In this document: piece by piece, positions 1 to 11,242 of the stretch
How positions within the stretch are numbered: position 1 is the stretch's first letter
How the letters are laid out: each line of letters begins with the position of its first letter
DNA from: Octopus sinensis
Taxonomy: Eukaryota
DNA length: 64,000 bases
Reading direction: 5' to 3'
Assembly: GCF_006345805.1 (NCBI RefSeq)
Contig: NC_043010.1
Location: 50,840,001-50,904,000, forward strand
Position numbers and translations under genes: made by a program
The notes under the pieces: generated by a model
Databases searched by the model: none
What the model saw: only the letters and a program-made list of their open reading frames with translations
What the model was told of the DNA's origin: nothing

Positions 1-1467
1 AATAAGAGAACTAGGAATCCTTATAATATTGATAACAAAGAGTCCACTTCTAACTGGGAGAGTAGGACCCTCAAAATCGTAGATTTATGGCATCGAGCTC
101 ACTTAACATCCCTTTAACGTCCTCAATTGGTCAGAAACAATATATTTTTCAATAATTGATAATAATTACAAAAAAATTCCTATGTTGATTGTTGAATCAA
201 TTCGATAAAAAGACACAGCTCTGAAACTATGATCAACGTTGTAAATTCAGTCAGATTTTATCTAGGGTTTATTAAAATTTTTAAAGTTAATATTTCGTAC
301 AAATATCGCCAATGTCTGTATGCAGTTTATTATATTCGTCACGTTCTTTTGTGTTAACTATTTATGACAAGAAAAGAATGATTCCACTCATCGTCTATCG
401 CTTCAAAGAATCGTTGGCAGATTTTCACTAATTGATGTACACGTAGTTGTGCAATATGCGCTCGTGGCCTCGAATATGTTTCTATTTGGTATGCATTAGA
501 GTTATTTATGTGAAATAGCAGGCGTTTAAAATTGTCGACTTTTAAGTTGGTATAAAAAAAATAATAAAAGACGTTTGCGATTAAAAGCATTTCTCGATAC
601 ATTTACAAAGAAACCAGTAAATAAGAGTTAAATTTAGATTTCAAAATGGAAGCTGGAAACCAAGAAAGATTTTCATCCCACCTCTCTTTACCAAAATCAG
701 ATCTTGCCACACAAATTATATGCAGATTTATAAGCCATTTATGAAGAAAAACATCAACAATTTAAAATCAATCCAAAAACAATAACATTAACAAAAAAAA
801 AAAAGAAGGGCCTTCAGATGGCCACACCACATACCGAGATATGAGCACATTCTTAACAGAATGGAGGCTGAAGATTCCTGTCCTTCGATGTTAAGAAACT
901 AGACTTTATCATTATGAACAACCTCATGCAGGTGCACTGTTTATCGATCGTGTGAATTACTGGAAACACGAAGTGGTGTATAACAACAGATTTGGGTATT
1001 TTAAAGGACACATTAAACTGAAAAGCATTTATGGTTTAAACGTATGAATAAAATGATACCTATTGATAATACAGAATCTTCGCGACTAAGCACCCACTAA
1101 AAGGCATGTAACTAAAAACATCTCCTTCTATAGGCTATAAGCCCCGTCTTGGGTCTTCGACTAACGATTCCTCTCACAGGGTCGTAGCAGCTGGCAAATT
1201 AAAGTGAGTAGCTGACAGAACGGGTGCACTACTAAAGACTAGCATGATCCTATACGGCATCTTCTATCGGAACAGAATTATAATAATAGATGAAGAAAGA
1301 TGTTAAAAAGGAATAAAATTAAGATTTTCGTTACGTTCTCTTCGGCGTAGAGTGACTTCCCTTGTCCGCGATAGGCTTAACTAAACGATAATCTAGTGCC
1401 CCCTCTATACAAAATTTTATTCTTGGTCGGAACCTTGAATATTGTATTCACATTTTATGAAATATAT

Positions 1468-1623
1468 ATATATCTTTGCTACCCACAAGGGGCTAAACAC
1501 AGAGGGGACAAACAAGGACAGACAAACGAATTAAGTCGATTACATTGACACCAGTGCATAACTGGTACTTAATTTATCGACCCCGAAAGGATGAAAGGCA
1601 AAGTCGACCTCGGCGGAATTTGA
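1468..1623 (-). mobile_element. 5'-truncated SINE family A copy with 17-bp TSD
   Basis: Reverse complement of the family A 3' half; CATTTTATGAAATATAT on both sides (1451-1467, 1624-1640). Confidence 0.9.
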
Positions 1624-1771
1624 CATTTTATGAAATATATTCGAGTCTTTTTTTTTTTTTTATCAAAGAAAGATATATGTTTTTATTTAATACGTCGCGT
1701 AAAATAAAATATAAATCCGAAAGAAGAACGTTGTAGATTGCTTGGAGCATTGGGATACAGAAGTAAAATAA

Positions 1772-1940
1772 ATAATCTTTTCTACTCTAGGCACAAGGCC
1801 CGAAATTTTGGGGAGGTGGGGGGCAGTCGATCAGATCGACGCCAGTACGCAACTGGTACTTAATTTATCGACCACCGAAAGAATGAAAGGCAAAGTCGAC
1901 CTCGGCAGAATTTAAACTCAGAACGTAAAGATTGACGAAG
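1772..1940 (-). mobile_element. SINE family A' (A body with alternative tail ending GCCTTGTGCCTAGAGTAGAAAAG)
   Basis: Shares the TTCATCCTTTCGGGGTCGATAAATTAAGTACCAG core; similar copies at about 6838-7054, 15410-15620, 29925-30115, 55140-55575. Confidence 0.85.
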
Positions 1941-1962
1941 AGATAAAATAAATAATGGAGAG

Positions 1963-3875
1963 GGTTAATATAGGGCGTAACAAATATCAGAAAATCAAAA
2001 AAAAATGTGTGTAATAGGTGTAAAACAACTTCCTATGAACGAATATGAAAAAAAAATTCGCGCACGCGAAAGGGGGGTGGGGAGAGGCCTCGGAAAATTC
2101 ACATCGGAAGTTCCGAAAGCGTCTGAGGGCTGACCCGGGCACCAAAGCAAAAAAAAAAAAATGTGTAATATGTTAAAACAACTTGCTCTAAACGAATATG
2201 AAAAAAAAAATGCGCTCTCGAGAAAGAGGGGTGGGGGAGAGGCCTCGGAATATTTATATCGGGAATTTCCGAAAGCGTCTGAACTGGGCACAAAAACAAA
2301 AACAAAAACAGCGTAATAGGTGTAAAACTTGCTTCTAACCTTAATCATGAAAAAAAATGCGCGCTCGCGAAAGGGGGGTGGGGGAGAGGCTTCGGAAACA
2401 CATCTTCAGTCCACGGCCTTTAACTAAGAAAAATAGTGTTAGGGTAAAACTACTTGTTCTACGGTAGTAGTTCAACCACACTCACTCACACATGAATCAT
2501 AAACTCCGTATTTCGCAAAAAAAAAAATAAAGAGAAGAAATTCTGGAAAAAGTGAAGAAATGTTGGATCTCCGCCATGTGAATCAAAATACGTGTCAGAA
2601 ACATCTTGAAATACTACAGAAATTATGTTACGAAAATGATAATGTATACATACCTCTTTGAGTGGTCCATCGATAATGATGATAAAGAAATGAGTTGGAT
2701 TTGAACTCAGATATTGACTAAAACAACTACATACTACAAGACTCAAAATATTCAGCCAAGTCACCACCCTTTAACTAGCAATAATAATAACATCAATAAC
2801 ATAACAGCCAAAGATTTATTTGTTCTGAAAATAACAATCATAGTAAATAAATATGTTCTTTAATATTCACATTCATGTGCACAGTTAAACACACTTACAT
2901 ACAAACAGTCACGCATGCATAATACAGAACGGAACACATAAATGAAGGATGCATTACTTAGTATATATTACCTCTAGAGAATTTTGATTAATAAGTCAAA
3001 TATGCAAATTATAAAGATAATTAATTGCTTTACTAAACAGTGTTGTAAAGGTAAAAAAAAATAATTTGGGGAAAAAAATACACGCCAAAACTAATTAATA
3101 AAGGATAATTAGGGAAGGATTGACACAAAATAATAATTTTTTCTGTCTCTTTTTTTCTGATAAATGCATCTTAATAAGTGAGAAGAATTGCATATATCTG
3201 AACTATTTCAAAGAAAAGCATAAATTTAATGTTAAAATAGCTTTAACCAAGGAATGAGATCCAACATTTCTTCACTTTTTCCAGAATTTCTTCTCTTTAT
3301 TATTTTTTTTGCGAAATACGGAGTTTATGATTCATGTGTGAGTGTGTGTTCTTGATACTCGTTTAGAACAAGTAGTTTACACCAATTACACTATTTTTTC
3401 TTAGTTTAAAGGCCGTGGACTGAAGATGTGAAATTTCCGAAGCCTCTCCCCCACCCCCCTTTCGCGAGCGCGCATTTTTTTCATGATAGTCGTTTAGAGC
3501 AAGTTGTTTTACACCTATTACGCTGTTTTTGTTTTTGTTTTTGTGCTCGGTTCAGACGCTTTCGGAAATTCCCGATATAAATATTCCGAGGCCTCTCCCC
3601 CACCCCCTCTTTCTCGAGAGCGCATTTTTTTTTTCATATTCGTTTAGAGCAAGTTGTTTTACACATATTACACTATTTTTTTTTTGTTTTGGTGCCCGGG
3701 TCAGCCCTCAGACGCTTTCGGAACTTCCCGATGTGAATTTTCCAAGGCCTCTCCCCCACCCCCCTTTCGCGTGCGCGAATTTTTTTTTTCATATTCGTTC
3801 ATAGGAAGTTGTTTTACACCTATTACACACATTTTTTTTTTGATTTTCTGATATTTGTTACGCCCTATATTAACC
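1963..3875. mobile_element. Non-autonomous foldback DNA transposon, ~610-bp TIRs, 8-bp TSD (Merlin-like termini)
   Basis: Arms 1963-2571 and 3256-3875 are reverse complements; ends GGTTAATA..TATTAACC; ATGGAGAG at 1955-1962 and 3876-3883; no transposase ORF. Confidence 0.9.
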
Positions 3876-3899
3876 ATGGAGAGCCTCTAACAATGCGAA

Positions 3900-4097
3900 A
3901 GGTAAAGTTGAGTAACCTTAATGTATTTCAGGCACAAAGGCCCATCATCAGACGTAAACGGCTTAGAAATGTGAGTCTATGTAGATGTCGGTTTGATGAG
4001 AAATGGCAGGATCTACATACACCCACATTCCGAAACAGTTCACTTCTGACGGTGAACCTTTGTGCCTGAAATATATAAAGGTTTCTCAACTGTCCCT
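3900..4097. repeat. ~200-nt imperfect palindrome (probable MITE)
   Basis: Left arm ~3905-3986 pairs with right arm 4011-~4093; 24-nt loop. Confidence 0.8.
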
Positions 4098-4430
4098 TTT
4101 GATTTAACATAAATCCGTTTCAATTCAGTTAATATTTAACAAAACAATTGTTAATAAATGAAAATCACATTTTTTTTTATAGTCCCATTCAATGAAAAAA
4201 AAATTCCAATGAATCCAGGACCTTTTCCCAAACCAAAATAAGGGATTTGCAGCATATTAGGAGGTCGGGGTACTTGATTCCATGCAAAAAATCCGAGTTT
4301 TTTTTTTTTTTTTTAGTAAAAATTGTACAGGTTTACTCTGAAAAATTACTGTTTTATGTTCTATATTGTAATTTACTACAATAGTCCCTTGCAAAGGTGT
4401 AGACAACCAATGGAGAAAGTACCATTCTTT

Positions 4431-4648
4431 TATTCTTTTACTTGTTTCAGTCATTTGACTATGGCCATGTTGGAGCATCGCCTTTAGTCGAACAAATCGA
4501 CCCCCTGGACATATTCTTTGTAAGTCTAGTACTTATTCCGTCAGTCACTTTTGCTGAACTGTGAAGTTACAGGGACATAAACACACCAGCATAGGTTGTC
4601 AATCGATGTTGAGGGGACAAACACAGACACAAAAACATATATACACAC

Positions 4649-4679
<31 letters not shown>

Positions 4680-4840
4680 CGGGCTTCTTGCAATTCCGTG
4701 TACCAAATCCACTCACAAGGCTTTGGTTGGCCCAAGGCTATAGTAGAAGACACTTGCCCAAGGTACCAATAAGTGGGACTGAACCCAGAACCATGTGGTT
4801 AGTAAGCAAGCTACTTACCACACAGCCACTCCTGTGCCTA
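4431..4840 (-). mobile_element. SINE family B (tRNA-like head GGAGTGGCTGTGTGGTAAG, CCTTGGGCAAGT CORE-like motif, internal TA/TG microsatellite)
   Basis: Reverse complement of the element repeated many times in the window. Confidence 0.9.
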
Positions 4841-5158
4841 TATTTGTAAATCTGACATAACAGAGTGGTGTCATAAACTTCATGACTTTACAGTATAGTC
4901 TATAAGCTACCAATACTTGAGACAACTTAAGTGTCCCCTCTGCTTCATATCAGACTCTTTTCAAATTTACTACTCTACATGATGAAATATCTTCACTTAG
5001 GCTTACAGCTGACATCTCTTTTATTTCTTTTATATTAGCATGTATTGTTGCTGCTAATTCTTAAATACATTAAGACATTGATCAGTTAATATGCTGAAAT
5101 CACACACCAATTCTGATAGTCCTATGAAGTTATTTTAGTTAACATTTTAAAATATATT

Positions 5159-5568
5159 AGGAGTGGCTGTGTGGTAAGTAGCTTGCTTACCAACCACATG
5201 GTTCCAGGTTCAGTCCCACTGCATGGCACCTTGGGTAATTGTCTTCTACTATAGCCTCAGACTGACCAAAGCCTTGTCAGTGGATTTGGTAGACAGAAAC
5301 TGAAAGAAGCCCATCGTATATATGTAGATATATATATATATATGTATGTATGTGTATATATTTGTGTGTGTGTGTTTGTCCTCCCAACATCGCTTGACAA
5401 CCGATGCTGATGTGTTTACGTCCCCCGTAACTTAGCGGTTTGGCAAAAAAGACCGATAGAATAAGTACTAGGCTTACAAAGAATAAGTCCTGGGATCAGT
5501 TTGCTCGACTAAAGGCAGTGCTCCAGCATGGCCACAGTCACATGACTGAGAAAATTAAAAGAGTAAAA
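5159..5568 (+). mobile_element. SINE family B, full length
   Basis: Head, core, microsatellite and tail GTCAAATGACTGAAAC..AAAAGAGT; partial copy at ~6100-6450. Confidence 0.9.
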
Positions 5569-6469
5569 ATATTTGAAATTGTATAACAAAAACAAAAATA
5601 AATACGAGTGATGAAACACATTCACATAAAGCGGAATAAAATTAACACATGGTGGAAACACTTTGGTGGAGGATGGCAGCAGAGAGGAATTTTAAGATGG
5701 ATAATTCAAAATCTGTAAACAATTTCAAGCATTTGGGAATCTGTCAGAAATGTAGTTGAAGTAAGAACAAAAATATAGGAAGGTAGACCAAAGTTGTTTC
5801 TTTTTTCTTGTGTCTATAGTTGTGTGGGAGTTATTGGTGGGACTGCAGTAGGAATGCTCCTGCCTTAGCTTATTCAAGCAGCTGAGCCAGAGAGAGAGAG
5901 AGAGGAAAAATTGTCCCAGTGTTGGTTGGTACTTTATAGATGAAATTAAAAAGGAATTAAGCTAAGCAAATTAATATTGTAATTGCTACTAAAAGGGCAG
6001 TCAATTGGCAGAATTGTTAGATCATCAATCAAAATACCTTCTGGTATTTGTTCCATCTCTTAGCTCTTTAAATTCTATGTTCATATCTCCTCAAAGCCAA
6101 TTTTGAGCAAGTGTCTTCTACTATAGCCTCGGGCTGACCAAAGCCTTGTGAGTGGATTTAGTAGATGGAAACTGAAAGAAGCCCGTTGTATATATGCATA
6201 TATATATATATATATATAAATGTATGTGTGTGTATATGTTTGTGTGTCTGTGTTTGTCCCCCTAACATCACTTGACAACCGATGCTGGTGTGTTTACATC
6301 CCCGTAACTTAGCAGTTCAGCAAAAGAGATGATAGAAGAAGAACTAGGCTTACAAAGAATAAGTTCTAGGATCGATTCGCTTGACTAAAGGCGGTGCTGC
6401 AGCATGGTCACAGTCAAATGACTGAAACAAGTAAAAGTAAAAGAATAAAAGAGAGAGAGAGAGATAAGA

Positions 6470-6835
6470 TTTTGGTTGTGTGCTAAGAACTTTGCTTCCC
6501 AACCACATGCTTCTGTGTTCAGTCCTATTGCGTGGTACCTTGGGCAAGTGCCTTCTATTATAACCCTAGGCTGACCAAAGCCTTGTGAGCGGATTTAATA
6601 GAAGAATACTGTAAGAAGCCCATCATGTGTGTGTGTATGAGTGTGTTTGTGTCTCCTTGTCTTTATATTGCATGATAGTCGTAAATGAGTCTCACGGTCA
6701 TAAAGGCAGTGCTATTCATTCCCAATATTCTACCAGATCATGTTTGGCCATGGGAAAGTATTAGCTTGCTTGGAAACAGGTAAGCGCTGGTGACAAGAAG
6801 GGCATCGGGCCATAGAAAATCTTCTTCAAATAAAC
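6470..6835 (+). mobile_element. SINE family C (B-like head with RTE-derived 3' tail)
   Basis: B head followed by ..TTGGAAACAGGT..GGTGACAAGAAGGGCATC..; related copies ~10560-10730, 35280-35650, 52150-52640, 63735-63945. Confidence 0.75.
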
Positions 6836-7334
6836 TTTGTCTTTTCTACTCTAGGCACAAGGCCTGAAATTTGGGGGGAGGGGGCTAGTCGATTAGATCG
6901 ACCCCAGTACGCAACTGGTACTTAATTTATCGACCTCGAAAGGATGAAAGGCAAAGTCAACCTCGGCAGAGTTTGAACTCAGAACGTAAAGACAGACGAA
7001 ATACCACTAAGCATTTTGCCCAGCGTGCTAACGTTTCTGCCAGCTCGCTGCCTTAAATAAACTTTTTCTTACCCATGGAAGCATAGAACTGTGGATGATA
7101 AATGATGATGACAATGACAACAAAGAAGAAGGAGGAGGAGGTGGTGGTGGTGGTGGTGGCGGCAGCAATGATTTTGATGGCGACAATGATAACAATGATG
7201 ATGATGCACTTTTAAATTGGTTTTCAGTGGTCTATCAGTTTAAAGACATTTGCTGTAGACGTTCCAAGAAATACAGTACTGCCTCGTATTGTGACTTGAA
7301 GTTTTAAAATTCAGATCTTCTCGTTTTGGGTCTC

Positions 7335-7720
7335 TTTACTCTTTACTCTTTTACTTGTTTCAGTCATTTGACTGCGGCCATGCTGGAGCACCGCCTTTAG
7401 TCGAGCAATTCGACCCCAGGACTTATTCTTTGTAAGCCCAGTACTTATTCTATTGGTCTCTTTTGCCGAACCGCTAGGTGACCAGGACGTAAATACACCA
7501 GCATCGGTTGTCAAGCAATGCTAGGGGGACAAACACAGACACACAAACATACATATATACGATGGGCTTCTTTCAGTTTCCGTCTACCAAATCCACTCAC
7601 AAGGCATTGGTCGGCCCGAGGATATAGCAGAAGACACTTGCCCAAGATGCCATGCAGTGGGACTGAACCCGAAACCATGTGGTTGGTAAGCAAGCTACTT
7701 ACCACACAGCCACTCCTGCG
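7335..7720 (-). mobile_element. SINE family B
   Basis: Reverse complement match to family B consensus seen elsewhere in the window. Confidence 0.9.
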
Positions 7721-7922
7721 TCTTTTACAATTGATGTTTTAATTTTTAGTACCATGAATTTGAGAAAAATCTTCACAAATTTCTTTTGGTACTTTTATTT
7801 TCAAGGAATATTGCTTTATTAATTTCTTAGTTGCACACTGTTTGTGGAATATGTAATATATGATACAATATACTATTTACATTATTTACATTGGATGGAA
7901 ATGTGTCCTCATCTTGTTTGTT

Positions 7923-7969
7923 GTTACCACATTTCAGGTGATTTACTCTCCAGCCTTCATCAGGTGTCC
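7923..7969 (-). ncRNA. Degenerate hammerhead-like motif in Penelope-type remnant
   Basis: Minus strand ACAC-CTGATGA-AGGCTGGAGAGTAAATCACCT-GAAA-TGTGGTA; core boxes present, stem III and cleavage site eroded. Confidence 0.4.
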
Positions 7970-8344
7970 CGATAGAAATTTGAACCCAACCCTGGGTTCT
8001 GATTCCTAAGGTATTTTTTTGCTGATGCTATTATTATTATTATTATGAGTGAGAGAGCAGTGCATGCCATCAAAGTGACACTGGGGTAAAATATACAAAG
8101 CCCAGTATACCTATCATGACTACCCGTCTAAGGGTACACTAGGCACATGCATCACAACCATATGTGCACGATATGGTGATCTCATATCAAGATAAACATT
8201 TCTGCTTACCTTTGGGTACCCCCTCATGTTGGATCTACAAATTCAATATCCCTACATATCTCACATCTATTTTGTTTTCCTCCACCTCACTCTCTGTTTT
8301 GTATTTTATCTAAATTAATTATTTCTTAACCATCCTCTCACACC

Positions 8345-8392
8345 GTCTCTGATGAAGGGATATGATAAATATCCTGGAAACAGCTGTAAGAC
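8345..8392 (+). ncRNA. Minimal type I hammerhead ribozyme motif (Penelope-like element type)
   Basis: GTCT-CTGATGA-A-GGGATAT(GATAA)ATATCCT-G-GAAA-CAGCT-GTA-AGAC: stem I GTCT/AGAC, 7-bp stem II, palindromic ACAGCTGT stem III, GUA triplet at 8386-8388. Confidence 0.75.
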
Positions 8393-8469
8393 CTTCTATT
8401 CATAAATGTTCTAAAATCTACATGACCTTAGTTTTTAATCTCAGTACGCAAAAAATTAACACCATTTGA

Positions 8470-8686
8470 GCATGGCCGTTGCCAGTACCGCCTGACTGGC
8501 CCTCGTGCCAGCGACATGTAAAAGCACCAACTACACTCTCAGAGTGGTTGGTATGGGGAAGGGCATCCAGCTGTAAAAACTCTGCCAGATCAGATTGGAG
8601 CCTGGTGCAGCCATCTGGCACACCAGCCCTCAGTCAAAGCGTCCAACCTATGTCAGCATGGAAAGCAGACGTTAAACGATGATGAT
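8470..8686 (+). mobile_element. RTE LINE 3' UTR fragment with (GAT)n tail
   Basis: GGGCATCCAGCTGTAAAAAC..GCATGGAAAG..GACGTTAAACGATGATGAT; similar fragments ~18590-18810, 49795-49980 (-), 51265-51530, 53250-53430. Confidence 0.85.
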
Positions 8687-8699
8687 ACACACACATACA

Positions 8700-8730
<31 letters not shown>

Positions 8731-10491
8731 CATCATCATCATCATCATCATCATCATTTAGCGTCCGTTTTCCATGCTAGCATGGGTTGGACGGTTCTAC
8801 TGGGGTCTGTGAGCCAGAAGGCTTCATCAGGCCCAGTCAAATCTGGCAGTGTTTCTACGGCTGGATGCCCTTCCTAACGCCAACCACTCCATGAGTGTAG
8901 TGGGTGCTTTTTACGTGCCACCCGCACTGGTGCCAGACAGAGCTGGCAAACGGCCACGAACGGATGGTGCTTTTTATGTGCCACCGGCACGAGGGCCAGG
9001 CGAGGCTGGCAACGGACACGAAACGGGGCGGTGCTGGCAACGGTCGCGAAACGGAAAGTTCTCTTACATGCCACCGGCACTGGTAACACATCTGCAATTT
9101 CCATTGATCGATTTCCATTGATCGATTTCGATTCTGATCCTCACTTGCCTCAATGGGTCTTCACAAGCAGAGTTTCGACATGCCACCGGCACTGGTAGCA
9201 CATCCGCAATTTCCATTGATCGATTTCGATTCTGATCCTCACTTGCCTCAACACGTCTTCACAAGTAGAGTTTTGTGTCCCAAGAAGGGAAGGTATGCAT
9301 ACATAGGCTGGCTCCATCCCATGTAGAAGGCCACGGGTTGTGGACTCACTTGTCCTGCCGGGTCTTCTCGCGCACAGCACACTTCCAGAGGTCTCGGTCT
9401 CTAGTCATTTCCTCAGTGAGACCTAAAGTTCGAAGGTCGTGCTTCACCACCTCGTCCCAGGTTTTCCTGGGTCTGCCTCTTCCACAGGTTCCCTCAACCG
9501 CTAGGGTGTGGCACTTTTTCACACAACTATCTTCATCCATTCTCGCCACATGACCATACCAGCACAAACGTCTCTCTTGCACACCACAACTGATGCTTCT
9601 TAGGTCCAGCTTTTCTCTCAAGGTACTTACACTCTGCCGAGTGTGAGTACCGGCATTACACATCCATCGGAGCATACTGGCTTCATTTCTAGCGAGCTTA
9701 CGCATATCCTCAGCAGTCACGGCCCATGTTTCACTGCCATGTAGCATGGCTGTTCATACACACGCATCATACAGTCTGCCTTTCACTCTGTGCGAGAGGC
9801 CTTTTGTCACCAGCAGAGGTAAGAGCTCTCTGAACTTTGCCCAAGCTATTCTTACTCTAGCAGTTACACTTTCAGCACACCGCCCCCGCTGCCGACTTGG
9901 TCACCTAGGTAACGGAAACTATCAACTATTTCTAGTTTTTCTCCCTGGAAAGTGACGGAAGTTGGTCTCAGAGCATTTTCAGTGTTTATTGTTCCTGAGC
10001 ATCTGCCACATACAAAAACCATCTTCCTAGTTAGCCTTCCTTTGACATTGCTGCATCTCTTATGTGTCCATAGCTTACACTTGGTGCATCTTATAGAGTT
10101 TCTACCTACACCTTTTCTACAGATCGAGCAGGGCCATCTACCTGAAGGTGTTTGTGATTTGTCTACCTTCCTACTGATTACGACTTTGGTTTTAGCTAGA
10201 TTGACTCTGAGGCCTTCGATTCTAATCCTTGTTTCCACACCTGAAACTTCTCCTCCAGTTCTGATAGCGACTCAGCAATTAGAGCAAGGTCATCAGCATA
10301 GAGGAGCTCCCAAGGGCATCCTGTCTTGAATTCCTCCGTTATTGCCTGGAGGACTAAGATAAATAGGAGGGGGCTGAGTACTGAGCCTTGGTGGACCCCT
10401 ACCTCTACCCGGAATTCTTCACTGTACTCATTTCCAACCCTCACCCTACTAGCGGCGTCCCTATACATGGCCCGCACAGCTCTCACTAACC

Positions 10492-10493
<2 letters not shown>
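8731..10493 (-). mobile_element. 5'-truncated RTE-clade LINE: frameshifted RT C-terminal half with PHD-like Cys finger, 3' UTR and (GAT)n tail
   Basis: ORFs 10196-10486 (GVHQGSVLSPLLF, LLYADDL), 9864-10238 (CSICRK..CTKC..HKRC..CGRC, FRYLG), 9346-9747 (GSETW, LCWYGHVARM, GRGRPRKTW). Confidence 0.93.
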
Positions 10494-10535
<42 letters not shown>

Positions 10536-11242
10536 GCAAGTGAGAGTAAATGTATGTTTGTGTCTCATTCTTCAAAAACATGTTAGGCCACTGAAAAATA
10601 TTACCTTCCTTGGAAATAAGGAAGGGTTGGTGACAAAAAATGGCATGTGGCTGTACAAAATTTGTCTCAGTAAACTCTGTTTGGCCCATGCAAGCATGGA
10701 AAAGTGGACATTAAAAACAATGATGACAATATTTAATTGTTTGGTATTATTATTATTTCATGAGAATAGTATTTATATCAGCATAGATTGCCAGTTACCA
10801 AAGTTATACATGTGAGGTGAAAGACATTGTAACTTAAATAAATAGAAGAAAATAAAGAATCACAATACCATGATGCAATTGTTTTTGAACAAATTTCTTT
10901 AATGATATTTTTTTTAGTTTAATAAATTAACTTTAAATTAAAAGTAATTTTCTCAAAATTCTTCATCTCCTCTTTGATTAAATTCTGAAAAAGTTATCTG
11001 GAATCATCAGAATGCCAATTACCTTTCTGTAATGTGTATTTGTTCGATAATTACACAAGAAATGATACTTAATACATTCTACAATAACAAGAGACAGACA
11101 GACAGAGTGGGAGAGAGTGTGTGCGCGCACGAGACTTACAATCAAACTTTTACTGAATTATTTCTTACATATTTCACAATGATATGGAATGTATTTGTTT
11201 ATGGGCGACAAGTTTAGAATTCAGAGAAGTTTTCCAAACATT

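Noticed and set aside
354-602. 82-aa minus-strand ORF
   Set aside because: No recognisable domain or clear splice context.
780-1290. Possible LINE 3' end with (TAA)n tail
   Set aside because: No protein motif I can recognise to support a class.
5159-5235. tRNA-like sequences at SINE heads
   Set aside because: Box A/B-like motifs only; no cloverleaf, and they continue into the SINE body.
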